Of a stretch of 64,000 nt of DNA, positions 26,850 to 35,886 are shown in pieces; the first letter of the stretch is position 1, and each line of letters starts with the position of its first letter. A program made the position numbers and the translations under genes. The notes under the pieces are model-generated. The model saw nothing but the letters and a program-made list of their open reading frames with translations, had not been told where the DNA came from and ran no database searches. Source of the stretch: a virus; the IMG/VR virus record IMGVR_UViG_3300034418_007766, positions 1-64,000 of that record; one strand, 5' to 3'.

Positions 26850-29076
26850 TGGTTTCCAGTTCAATTTTATCTGTATATTTAATTGTAATACTACCACCGT
26901 TTTTCAAATCGCCAAACAGTAATGATCTACTTAATGGGCGTTTTATTTCTTCGTCAATTACACGTTGTAAAGGTCTTGCACCCATTTTAGGATCAAATCC
27001 TTTATCTACCAAGTAATCTAATGCTTCGTCAGTAACACAAATTTTCACATTTTTATTCTTAACTTGATCACGTAATTCGGCAAGGAACTTACCAACAATT
27101 TTCATCATTACTTCTTTGCCAAGTTTAGCAAATGTAATTACACCGTCAAGTCTATTTCTAAATTCAGGCTTGAAGTATTCTTTCATGCTAGTATCTTCGT
27201 ATTCTTTTGCAAGTGATTGTGTAAATCCAATATTATTTTTTTCTGCTTCTTGCGCACCCAAGTTTGTAGTTAGGATAAGCACACAATTACGTGCATCTGC
27301 TTCTTTACCATTGCTGCCTGTCACCATACCATTATCCATAAGTTGTAGCAACACTGCTGCAACGTCTGGGTGAGCTTTTTCAATTTCATCTAACAGCAAT
27401 ACACAGTTAGGATTTTCTTGTAATTTTACAATCAACTGTCCTGCATCATCTTCAAAGCCAACATAGCCTGGAGGTGCACCAATAAACTTAGCAACTGAAT
27501 GTTTCTCTTGATATTCTGTCATATCAAATCGCACTAGTTGCACTCCAAGATGATGTGCTAATTGTTTAGCTGTTTCTGTTTTACCTGTGCCTGTTGGACC
27601 CATAAACACAAAACTGCCAATTGGTTTATTGTCTGGTTTTAATCCAGCTTGTGCTACAAGTATTTTATCCACTAGACTTTCGATTGCTTTGTCTTGTCCA
27701 AAGATGCTACCCTTCATATTCTTTTCAAGATGTGCAAGATTTTCTGTTTCTCTTTCAGCAACTTGTTCTTCAGGTATTTTAACCATTTTAGCAAGTTCAT
27801 ATTGAATGTTTTCTTCTTTAATAATCAGATTTTCAGTTTGATTTTTGACCTTAAATCTACTTGCAGCAACATCAATCAAATCAATTGCTTTGTCTGGTAA
27901 TTTTTTATCTGGTTGATACTTTACACTTAATTTAACACTTGAGTTGATTGCTTCATCTGTAATTTGCACATTGTGAAATTCTTCGTAATATCCCTTAATA
28001 CCATGTAAAATTTCAATTGTAGTTTCTTCACTTGGTTCATCAATGCTTACACGTTGAAATCTACGCATCAATGCACGATCTTTTTCAAAGTATTTTCTAT
28101 ACTCTTCCCAAGTTGTGCTTGCAACTACTTTTAGGTTACCTTTGCTCAATGCTGGTTTTAACAAGTTAGCAAGATCGTTTGAACTATTACTGCCACCGGC
28201 GCCAGCACCTGAAATCATATGTGCTTCGTCAATGAACATAATGGTCTTGCCTTTCTTTTGTAAACCAGCAAGCACTAATTTAAAACGTTCTTCAAAGTCC
28301 CCGCGATATTTTGAACCTGCAAGCATGGCTCCAATGTCTAGTGCATAAACATTATACTCTTTTAGAAAGTCTGGTGTTTGTCCATTTACAATTTTCCATG
28401 CGAGGCCTTCTGCAATAGCAGTTTTACCAACACCTGGATCGCCTACCATAAGCACATTACTTTTAGTTCTGCGACCTAGTGCAAGTGCAACCATATCTAA
28501 TTCGTCATGTCTACCAATCACAGGATCAATTTTACCTGCTTTCACATCTGCATTTAAATCATAAGTAAATTGTCTAATAGCTTGATTTGCAGCACCAGCA
28601 TTTTCCTGACTTTCGTAATCTTCTTCAGCATTTTCCGAAATGTTTACATATGCTTGGTAGTCTGATTTTTGTATGTTGGCTTGCTGCGCTAAGAAATATG
28701 CATAACTGCGCTTTTCACCGAGTATGCTTAAAAATACGTCAGAAATTTCAATCCTGTTTCTACCTTGGAATAAAACTTGTGCAAATGCTCTATTCAAAAC
28801 ACGCTCAACTGTTTGTGTTTTCTTTGGTTTCCATTTTTTAGAAACATCATTCAAATCAATTTTGATAGTATCCAATTTTGTTTTAAGATAGTTTTCAAGA
28901 TTATGTTTTAACAGTTTACTATCAGCACCAAAGTCTTCCATGTGTTGCTGAAAGTTTTCTTCGCAAAGCATTGCATATGTCAAATGCTCAAGTGTCACGT
29001 ATTCGTGATTTAACTTTTTTGCATCATTCACTGCTTTGTCAAAAACTGCTTGTAATTCTGTGCTAGGTTCTACCAT
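26824..29076 (-). CDS. clpA: ATP-dependent Clp protease ATP-binding subunit ClpA
   Basis: Clp N-domain HEYVTLEHL; two AAA modules, GDPGVGKT/FIDEAH and GPTGTGKT/LLDEIEK; GARPL; no ClpB M-domain. Confidence 0.92.
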   Translation of the reverse strand: MVEPSTELQAVFDKAVNDAKKLNHEYVTLEHLTYAMLCEENFQQHMEDFGADSKLLKHNLENYLKTKLDTIKIDLNDVSKKWKPKKTQTVERVLNRAFAQVLFQGRNRIEISDVFLSILGEKRSYAYFLAQQANIQKSDYQAYVNISENAEEDYESQENAGAANQAIRQFTYDLNADVKAGKIDPVIGRHDELDMVALALGRRTKSNVLMVGDPGVGKTAIAEGLAWKIVNGQTPDFLKEYNVYALDIGAMLAGSKYRGDFEERFKLVLAGLQKKGKTIMFIDEAHMISGAGAGGSNSSNDLANLLKPALSKGNLKVVASTTWEEYRKYFEKDRALMRRFQRVSIDEPSEETTIEILHGIKGYYEEFHNVQITDEAINSSVKLSVKYQPDKKLPDKAIDLIDVAASRFKVKNQTENLIIKEENIQYELAKMVKIPEEQVAERETENLAHLEKNMKGSIFGQDKAIESLVDKILVAQAGLKPDNKPIGSFVFMGPTGTGKTETAKQLAHHLGVQLVRFDMTEYQEKHSVAKFIGAPPGYVGFEDDAGQLIVKLQENPNCVLLLDEIEKAHPDVAAVLLQLMDNGMVTGSNGKEADARNCVLILTTNLGAQEAEKNNIGFTQSLAKEYEDTSMKEYFKPEFRNRLDGVITFAKLGKEVMMKIVGKFLAELRDQVKNKNVKICVTDEALDYLVDKGFDPKMGARPLQRVIDEEIKRPLSRSLLFGDLKNGGSITIKYTDKIELETNAHICEEI

Positions 29077-29602
29077 TTCTGATTGCCTTTTTTATATCTT
29101 TAAGTCTTTTTTCTTCAGCTCTTTTTACTTTAAATTTACTAACTCTGTCAATAAATTGTATGCCATGCAAATGATCATATTCATGTAAAAAGATTCTTGC
29201 ATCGATGTCATCAAGTTTCATCTCTACATTTATAACATCTTTATAGTCATTTGTCAAGGTATCAAATTCAACAATGCAACTAATTGGACGTCTTACTTTG
29301 ATTATTAAACCCGGATGGCTTAAACACCCTTCTGGACCTTGTTCAATTTCTTTACTTAGTCCTTTTATAATTGGATTCATAACAACCAAAGGGGAACCAT
29401 ATTTTTTATTTAGATATGTTTTCATAACAAAAATTTGTGCAGGAAATCCAACTTGGTTTGCACTTAAACCTACCCCGCCATATTTGTTCATAACATCAAT
29501 CATGTCTAAAGCGGTAGGAGCAGGGTGCCCAAAATAACTAGCTTCGAATTTATCCACTCCTTTTTCCAACATAGGATCAGGAGCCATTATTAAGTTCATC
29601 AT
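29063..29602 (-). CDS. def: peptide deformylase
   Basis: GVGLSANQVG, EGCLS and HEYDHLHG. Confidence 0.95.
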   Translation of the reverse strand: MMNLIMAPDPMLEKGVDKFEASYFGHPAPTALDMIDVMNKYGGVGLSANQVGFPAQIFVMKTYLNKKYGSPLVVMNPIIKGLSKEIEQGPEGCLSHPGLIIKVRRPISCIVEFDTLTNDYKDVINVEMKLDDIDARIFLHEYDHLHGIQFIDRVSKFKVKRAEEKRLKDIKKAIRNGRT

Positions 29603-30386
29603 ATAAACGTTTTACCTTTTCTTCTTGTATAGTATTTAATTTAGGAAGTATTCCTTTTAAGTGTATATATAGGTTGCCAGTTCTACCAGCTCTTGGGTCT
29701 GGCATACCGTGTCCAGCTACACTTAATACTGTTCCTGGATTGGTTCCTTTAGGTATTGTAACACGTAAAGGACCTCCTGTCAACTTATCTATAATCATTG
29801 TTGTGCCTAGCATTAGATCAAACACATCTACATCTAAATTTGTTCTTAAATTTCTTCCGTCTCTTTCAAATCTATTATGTGATAACACTCGAATTTGGAC
29901 TAGTAAATCTCCTCTTGGAAGTTGTGGATGAGTAGCATCTCCTAATCCTTGAAATCTTATAACTTCCATGTCATTTACACCTGGGTGTATTCTAATACTT
30001 GCACTGCTTTCTCTACCATTACGCAATTTGTAAGTTGCTAATATATCTTTTCCTGTTGCAGCATCAGCAAGTGAAATTCTAATACCAATTTTTACATCTT
30101 GATTTCTTTGTTGTTGAGGGCGTGGACCTCTTCCAAACATAGCTTCAAATATGGTGTTCATATCTCCAGCATCAAATGTTTTAGTATTCATCCTTACTTG
30201 CGGATTGTCATACGCTTGACGTTTGTTAGGATCTTTCAGTGTTTCGTATGCTTCGTTTATTTGCGCAAACTTGCCACTGTCACCGCCGCGGTCAGGATGG
30301 TTAGCCATCGCTTGTTTGCGATATGCTTTTTTAATTTCATCCTGACTTGCTTGTTTGTTGATACCCAGTATGCTGTAATAGTCCAT
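29577..30386 (-). CDS. DnaJ/CbpA-type co-chaperone
   Basis: J-domain DYYSILG...HPD; C-terminal GDL/G.GMP repeats; no Zn finger; TAAATA at 30396..30401 upstream. Confidence 0.92.
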   Translation of the reverse strand: MDYYSILGINKQASQDEIKKAYRKQAMANHPDRGGDSGKFAQINEAYETLKDPNKRQAYDNPQVRMNTKTFDAGDMNTIFEAMFGRGPRPQQQRNQDVKIGIRISLADAATGKDILATYKLRNGRESSASIRIHPGVNDMEVIRFQGLGDATHPQLPRGDLLVQIRVLSHNRFERDGRNLRTNLDVDVFDLMLGTTMIIDKLTGGPLRVTIPKGTNPGTVLSVAGHGMPDPRAGRTGNLYIHLKGILPKLNTIQEEKVKRLYDELNNGS

Positions 30387-30409
30387 ACTATTACTTATTT
30401 ACTCAGGTA

Positions 30410-30781
30410 TTACTTCTTGCTAGTTCCGGCGTAAAGTCCAAACCATGCTGCTCCAGCACCTACAACCACACTGATTAGCCCTGATTGTTCCAGTGTTGGA
30501 TCTGGCAGTTCCATATACCAAACTACACATCTGTATAACAAGTAAATGTATGTTGAGATAAAGATACGTGGAAAGATTCTCCAAGCATCTACAGCCCTTG
30601 CTAGGTGTATTACTTTAGCATAAGGATTAGGTCCTAGGTCTTTTACACTTGTATCTACTTCTAGGTCTAGTTTTACTTTTTTGGTAGCTGTTGTGCTACT
30701 TGCTGGAACTACAACTTCAGCGTCTGCTTCTGTTTCTTCTACTGGTGCTGCGTCCAAGTCTTCAAGTTTTCTTCTTGGCAT
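30410..30781 (-). CDS. two-TM membrane protein, holin candidate
   Basis: WRIFPR followed by two hydrophobic helices; last gene of the lysis operon. Confidence 0.55.
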   Translation of the reverse strand: MPRRKLEDLDAAPVEETEADAEVVVPASSTTATKKVKLDLEVDTSVKDLGPNPYAKVIHLARAVDAWRIFPRIFISTYIYLLYRCVVWYMELPDPTLEQSGLISVVVGAGAAWFGLYAGTSKK

Positions 30782-31058
30782 TCTTACCCTCCAATTTGTC
30801 TAGTCTTGCCTCAATTGAATCTATCTTTGCTGTGATCTTTGGATACTTTTTACGCCATGCGTCTTCGGGCTGTTCTAGCCATGTTAGTCCCCAACGTTCT
30901 ACAAGATAATCTATCGCTTTGTCTACTTGGGCATAACCCCATAGACCTATTCGTGTTGTGCTGATATATGCGACAAATATAGCACCAAATACGGAGCCTG
31001 CTAGTGCCGTGTAAATCCACAGCCTATCACTGGCCATCCTTTCTAACATTTCCCACAT
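30762..31058 (-). CDS. single-TM membrane protein, holin/antiholin candidate
   Basis: LWIYTALAGSVFGAIFVAY hydrophobic helix, basic C-terminus. Confidence 0.5.
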   Translation of the reverse strand: MWEMLERMASDRLWIYTALAGSVFGAIFVAYISTTRIGLWGYAQVDKAIDYLVERWGLTWLEQPEDAWRKKYPKITAKIDSIEARLDKLEGKNAKKKT

Positions 31059-31593
31059 TTATTTCGCCCTCTATTAACTGTGTGTATTTATACCTACGTA
31101 TGCCTAAAGCATCACTTGGATTGTAGAAGTCATATCTTACTTCGTTGCTTTGATTGCCGCCAAGTATTATCCAACGCCCGTCTTCTTCTGCTATAAAAAA
31201 TCCAACGTGTCCTTTCCAACCTTCGTTGCCTCTTGGAAATATCACAACATCTCCACGTTGTATATCTTCTGGATTCACAGGTTCTCCCCACTCGAGAAAA
31301 CTACGTGCCATAAGTGGAACATCACTTACACTTTCACTACCTGGTATACCGTCTAGTTCGAGCACAGCATTAACAAATGCCGCACACCATTCCGTGTTTA
31401 CAGGATCGACTCCTACAAACTCTCTTATTTGTTTTCTATTCTGATATTCATTAAGCCCAATATAATCATGAGCTGTGCTTACTGGATCTGGAAGTTGTGA
31501 TGCGTTACATCCGACTAGGGTTGCAAAAAAACTAATTGTCCACAATGACTGCTTTATCAAGTGCTTGTTCTGCCTCCTTGTAGTAGCCTTCAT
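31027..31593 (-). CDS. TIGR02594-like NlpC/P60-CHAP peptidoglycan hydrolase, putative lipoprotein (start uncertain)
   Basis: WCAAFVN, ARSF..WG, GHVGF and LGGNQ; lipobox LVGC. Confidence 0.8.
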   Translation of the reverse strand: MKATTRRQNKHLIKQSLWTISFFATLVGCNASQLPDPVSTAHDYIGLNEYQNRKQIREFVGVDPVNTEWCAAFVNAVLELDGIPGSESVSDVPLMARSFLEWGEPVNPEDIQRGDVVIFPRGNEGWKGHVGFFIAEEDGRWIILGGNQSNEVRYDFYNPSDALGIRRYKYTQLIEGEINVGNVRKDGQ

Positions 31594-31924
31594 ATGCTGC
31601 TATGATTGCTTGCTGCTGCTGAACCAATGCTCTAATGTCAGAGAAGTTCAAACTCAAATTACCATAACCATCACCTGTGAGTGCGTATAATGCAAATGCT
31701 TTACCTTCACTTTGTAGTTTAGCAATAACTTGATCTACGTTTGCTTCGTTAATAACAATCCATTCAACTGTTTTCATGTTAAGTTCGTCAACTGGAGGTA
31801 AAACCAGTGTTGGTTTTTCAACAGGTTTTGTGCTAATTTCAATCTGCTGGGGTTGGGTCGAGCAGGCCGCGAGACTTATAAGTATCGTAAAGCCAAGGAC
31901 ACTCTTTGTTAAAAGCGATGCCAT
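31532..31924 (-). CDS. outer-membrane spanin (Rz1-like lipoprotein)
   Basis: Signal peptide with LAAC lipobox, Pro-rich linker, overlaps the 3' end of the i-spanin. Confidence 0.7.
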   Translation of the reverse strand: MASLLTKSVLGFTILISLAACSTQPQQIEISTKPVEKPTLVLPPVDELNMKTVEWIVINEANVDQVIAKLQSEGKAFALYALTGDGYGNLSLNFSDIRALVQQQQAIIAAYEGYYKEAEQALDKAVIVDN

Positions 31925-32327
31925 TTTGTGCTGTCCTTTCTTTTTCAGTTAATTCTGCCCCCGATAGAAGTTCAAAACATCTACCAGCATTTAAAGTGCC
32001 TCTGTTTACTGCACGTTCAATGCCTTCAGCATTTGCGATTGCCGCTGCTGTCAAATCAATTTGTTGCAGTTTGTCTGCTAGTTGTTGATTTTGTCTGCGT
32101 ATAGCAGTGTATGCTTCGTTTAAACTTGCAAGTTCGCTAGATGCGTTTGCGTAATCCTTCTCTAGCGAACTTATAGTTTGTTCGTTTAATTCAACTGCGG
32201 TGTTTAGTTTTGCATTGTTTTCTTGTAGGATAGCCATACGTGCTTGTGTATCGTTATAATACCAATAACCTATACCTCCTGCTCCTAAGAGCAGCATAAA
32301 CATAACAATAGCTAACTTGGCACCCAT
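31839..32327 (-). CDS. inner-membrane spanin (Rz-like)
   Basis: N-terminal TM helix then long coiled coil with C-terminal Cys; follows the endolysin. Confidence 0.7.
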   Translation of the reverse strand: MGAKLAIVMFMLLLGAGGIGYWYYNDTQARMAILQENNAKLNTAVELNEQTISSLEKDYANASSELASLNEAYTAIRRQNQQLADKLQQIDLTAAAIANAEGIERAVNRGTLNAGRCFELLSGAELTEKERTAQNGIAFNKECPWLYDTYKSRGLLDPTPAD

Positions 32328-32329
32328 GC

Positions 32330-33187
32330 CTACCCCAATAACTTTCCCAATGTTTTTGGACCAACAATACCGTCAGCTGTTAAACCATTTCTTTCTTGCC
32401 ATCTCATTACCTGACGTTCTGTGCCTGGTCCGAAGATACCGTCTGCTGGTGCTATGCCAAGTTTCTCTTGAACTTCGGCAACCAATGGTCCTTTACTGCC
32501 TTTGCGTATAGTTTGATTTAGATTAAGCTCTTTTTCTTCTGGTGCTTCAAAGTCACCACCTAATACATCCATAGCATGTAGGTAATGCTTCTTACGATCA
32601 TCTAGTCCAATAGTTCCACCGTTAATGCGTTTTGTAGCACCAACAATATCCATATCGTCACACCATTTGTTTAGATTGTTTGTATCCCAAAACCAACAAG
32701 CACTGTCTAACGCACCTTTTTTGGTGCGCACATAATCTACTGCTTCTTCAGCTGTCATTTCTACTGCTTCTGCAAATTTTGTGTAGTTGTATCTACCAGT
32801 AAGCTGAAGTATGCCGCCTCCGCGGAAACGCCAGCCATCACCGCTTTCTGGACCTCCGTTGTCCATACGGTTTGCATAAATGACATTAGCAATTTTTTCA
32901 GGTTGTCTGTGATATTCATTTGCGTCTCTTCCTGCTCTTTTAAAATACTTAGGGAAAATTGAATTAAGTGCTTGTGCGCTGTAATTTAAGTTTTCGCTTA
33001 AAACTCTAAATCCGCCACTTTCATGTCCACACTGTGCAATAAACATTGCTACTCTTTCTACAGTATCAATTTCCCATAGTGGAAGTATTTCACACATTGC
33101 TTCATACCATTCTTTCCAATCGTTCCTATTGACAAGTTCTCTAGCCATGTCTGGCTCAAAGTTAAATTTGAAATGCTCTTTACCCAT
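32330..33187 (-). CDS. endolysin: GH19 chitinase-like domain plus C-terminal peptidoglycan-binding domain
   Basis: FIAQCGHESGG, ENLNYS, FRGGGILQLTGRYNY, INGG; ADGIFGPGT...ADGIVGPKT. Confidence 0.92.
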   Translation of the reverse strand: MGKEHFKFNFEPDMARELVNRNDWKEWYEAMCEILPLWEIDTVERVAMFIAQCGHESGGFRVLSENLNYSAQALNSIFPKYFKRAGRDANEYHRQPEKIANVIYANRMDNGGPESGDGWRFRGGGILQLTGRYNYTKFAEAVEMTAEEAVDYVRTKKGALDSACWFWDTNNLNKWCDDMDIVGATKRINGGTIGLDDRKKHYLHAMDVLGGDFEAPEEKELNLNQTIRKGSKGPLVAEVQEKLGIAPADGIFGPGTERQVMRWQERNGLTADGIVGPKTLGKLLG

Positions 33188-33356
33188 GTTGATGTTCCTT
33201 CTGTTGTGGGGTGCAGTTGTCGCATCTGCAGGTGTTACATATTTTTGTTATAGTTGGCGACTCTTCTGATCCAGGTGTGCGTTCTAATGACATATATTGT
33301 GATTCACCACAATGTGACGTCCGACCGCAATTTTGACAGTATATATATGGTATCAT
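33180..33356 (-). CDS. 58 aa Cys-rich (Zn-binding) protein
   Basis: Manual translation MIPYIYCQNCGRTSHCG...ICNTCRCDNC...; ATGA overlap with the upstream gene. Confidence 0.55.
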   Translation of the reverse strand: MIPYIYCQNCGRTSHCGESQYMSLERTPGSEESPTITKICNTCRCDNCTPQQKEHQHG

Positions 33357-34066
33357 ATTCTCTCGACTACTAGTGTATATCCTCTATTTTCTAAAGTTAT
33401 CGTTTTTGTGCCAAATTTTGTTATATTATAATTACCTAAATATTTTGTAAGATACATTGTTTCTGCAAAATCGTTAATATTAATTTTGTCTTCAATACTT
33501 TCTACAATATCTGTTGTTTTCCCAAAGTCTTTAACTTCAAATCCTAATGGATCTGCATAAATCTTTTTAATTACTAAGTCATTTTCATCCATAAAAATTT
33601 CTTCAACAAAACTATTGCTAAAAAAGTTTTTGAAATTATTCATATTAGATTCATTTACAAGTTCATCATAGGATTCTTTATCTACTGGGACGGTTGCTGT
33701 TAATGACTCTAGTGTAGCTGCTTGAGGCTTAAATGCTTTGTAGTATCTATAAGTAAACGGCTTACCAGTTAGCCTACTTACACCGTCTACCAATTCCATT
33801 ATTTGTTCTGGAACTTTTTGATCACGTTCAATTTCTACAAATACTCTATAGTAGCCATCACTCTGTTCACCAGAAGTTGCATCTGCATCTAAAACAAAGC
33901 TGTATCCGCCTTCAATAAATTTTACCAAATCGTCTGCTGCTGCTTTTTCAGTTACATTAAAACTAACAACACAAATATCTTGATCGCTACCCATTTTGCT
34001 TTTGTAGCTATCTACTTCAAACATAGGAACCACTAGGTCAATTAAATCTTTTTCTCTTAACCCCAT
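33353..34066 (-). CDS. conserved hypothetical phage protein
   Basis: 237 aa; D.YKSKMG.D, FIE.GY..VLDAD and VFVE motifs. Confidence 0.7.
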   Translation of the reverse strand: MGLREKDLIDLVVPMFEVDSYKSKMGSDQDICVVSFNVTEKAAADDLVKFIEGGYSFVLDADATSGEQSDGYYRVFVEIERDQKVPEQIMELVDGVSRLTGKPFTYRYYKAFKPQAATLESLTATVPVDKESYDELVNESNMNNFKNFFSNSFVEEIFMDENDLVIKKIYADPLGFEVKDFGKTTDIVESIEDKININDFAETMYLTKYLGNYNITKFGTKTITLENRGYTLVVERI

Positions 34067-34575
34067 TATTCTAATTCCCCTGCTTCTGGTGCTTCTGCAG
34101 GCTGTGCTGCTGCATCAACTTGCTGAGTAGTATCTTTTACATCTAAATCCTCAAAACTAGCACCATAAAGATCAGCCAACAGTTTTTTGGGCATCTTTAC
34201 TTCTACGACCCAAATAGGATGTCTATCTAATTTGCCAAGTTTTGTTCCTGGACGAATATCTTCAGGCTTCATAATTTTTCTTGGTTTGAGCAAGCTGCTA
34301 CGTTGGTAACCGATTTTACAATCATAATCTAATAATCTTTTTGCTCCGTCTGGGTCTGGCATTTTTTCTTTTGGCCAAAAGAATTTAGCAGTTACCCAAT
34401 GACGATCAATAGTCGGACCTTCACCTAGTTCGCCATCTTCCCAATTTTTGTAAACATAGATGTCAAGCTCGTCTAAAACACGCTCAAAATCTTTAAGCAC
34501 ATTAAATGCATTATCACTTTCATAAATGCTTTCTATATTTTTAATTACATCTAGTTCGTCTAAAATATTGGCCAT
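34066..34575 (-). CDS. conserved hypothetical phage protein (late)
   Basis: 169 aa; DFERVLD..D.Y...NW..GE..GP and MPDP.G; TAAATA at 34604..34609 upstream. Confidence 0.7.
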   Translation of the reverse strand: MANILDELDVIKNIESIYESDNAFNVLKDFERVLDELDIYVYKNWEDGELGEGPTIDRHWVTAKFFWPKEKMPDPDGAKRLLDYDCKIGYQRSSLLKPRKIMKPEDIRPGTKLGKLDRHPIWVVEVKMPKKLLADLYGASFEDLDVKDTTQQVDAAAQPAEAPEAGELE

Positions 34576-34603
34576 GGTTTCCCCGTCTATAATTTGTTAC
34601 AGT

Positions 34604-34649
34604 TATTTATCGCTTTTTACTACTAATAACATGAGTTTGAGACTAAATA
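34604..34649. promoter_or_regulatory. divergent pair of TAAATA late-promoter motifs
   Basis: TATTTA at 34604..34609 (minus-strand TAAATA) and TAAATA at 34644..34649 (plus). Confidence 0.55.
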
Positions 34650-34709
34650 CATTTGCAGGGAGTCCTGCAAAGGTTATCCCTGTTGCATATCTCAATACAG
34701 GAGGACTTA

Positions 34710-35429
34710 ATGGGAAAAGCGAAAGCAAAGCGCCAAGCACATATCACTAACAACGTAGTTAAACTGAATAATTTCCTGCCTCAAAAGTCACGATACGTAA
34801 AAATACTTCCAAGAAATCGAAGCCAAGAACAATACATCCTTGAGTTAATGGACCGGAACAAAGACATAGTCTTCGGTATAGGTCCTGCCGGCACAGGTAA
34901 AACTCTATTGGCATGTCAGGCGGCTGTTAAAGAATTTCTTGATGGTAATGTAGAACGTATTGTTGTTACTAGACCAGCAGTTAGTGCTGATGAGGACCTT
35001 GGATTTTTACCAGGAACACTAGAAGAAAAAATGGCACCTTGGACAAGGCCTATATTTGATGTGTTTCGAGAATATTTTTATGCTAACGAAATTGAGGGCA
35101 TGATACGTGAAGGTGTAATCGAAATATCACCACTTGCATATATGCGTGGAAGAACTTTCAAAAATAGTTTCATAATTGCAGACGAAATGCAAAATGCTAC
35201 ACCAAACCAAATGAAGATGTTGCTAACTAGAATTGGCACAGGAAGTCAAATGGTAGTGACTGGTGATTTAGCACAAGCAGATAGACTGAAAGATAACGGA
35301 CTAATTGACTTTATTAATCATTTAGAGTCACGTGAAAGTAAACATATTTCAGCTGTTAATTTTCATAAAGGAGATATAGAGAGACACGAAGCTGTAAAAG
35401 AGGTTTTAGAAGTTTACGGAGACGATTAA
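34710..35429 (+). CDS. phoH: PhoH-like ATPase
   Basis: GPAGTGKT, LGFLPG, AYMRGRT, DEMQN and GD..Q.D; AGGAGG RBS before ATG 34710. Confidence 0.95.
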   Translation: MGKAKAKRQAHITNNVVKLNNFLPQKSRYVKILPRNRSQEQYILELMDRNKDIVFGIGPAGTGKTLLACQAAVKEFLDGNVERIVVTRPAVSADEDLGFLPGTLEEKMAPWTRPIFDVFREYFYANEIEGMIREGVIEISPLAYMRGRTFKNSFIIADEMQNATPNQMKMLLTRIGTGSQMVVTGDLAQADRLKDNGLIDFINHLESRESKHISAVNFHKGDIERHEAVKEVLEVYGDD

Positions 35430-35713
35430 ACTCTAACACTCTTAAAAGCGATAGGGTGAGAATTATATTTCTCACCCTGTTTTAACAACATCAAAAGATA
35501 CTCATTTTTTGTATAAGTGAGTTTCCAACTACTTTCTTTAATAGGCGGGCGTCCCATTGCGTCATAAAATATTTCGCCTCGCCAATATGTCGTTAACCAA
35601 ATACGCTTTTTACTCCAACTACTACGTGTTGGCCACCATGCGTAATATTGATTCCATTCAATTTCTATTTCAACTGTTGGCGGCATACGTCCTCCCACCA
35701 TCGAATAGTCCAT
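35426..35713 (-). CDS. hypothetical protein
   Basis: 95 aa Trp-rich ORF. Confidence 0.55.
   Translation of the reverse strand: MDYSMVGGRMPPTVEIEIEWNQYYAWWPTRSSWSKKRIWLTTYWRGEIFYDAMGRPPIKESSWKLTYTKNEYLLMLLKQGEKYNSHPIAFKSVRV
35453..35485 (+). terminator. intrinsic terminator after phoH
   Basis: AGGGTGAGAA-ttatat-TTCTCACCCT (10-bp stem) followed by GTTTT, 24 nt after the phoH stop. Confidence 0.65.
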
Positions 35714-35886
35714 ACCATTGCTTCTTTTTCACAAGTAAAACTAAAGTATCCTTTGCCATCTTCGTGTCCCCAAGCCCACGGATGCTTACAATGTAATTCT
35801 GTCCATTTAAGAACATAATCCATAATAGCATCACGTGGGAGAACTACATCGTGATCAAAGTGCTTATTATAATTTGGATAAGCCAT
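35665..35886 (-). CDS. hypothetical protein
   Basis: Likely start MAYPNY at 35886; W...F.F..E.EA..W..RW pattern. Confidence 0.55.
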   Translation of the reverse strand: MAYPNYNKHFDHDVVLPRDAIMDYVLKWTELHCKHPWAWGHEDGKGYFSFTCEKEAMVWTIRWWEDVCRQQLK

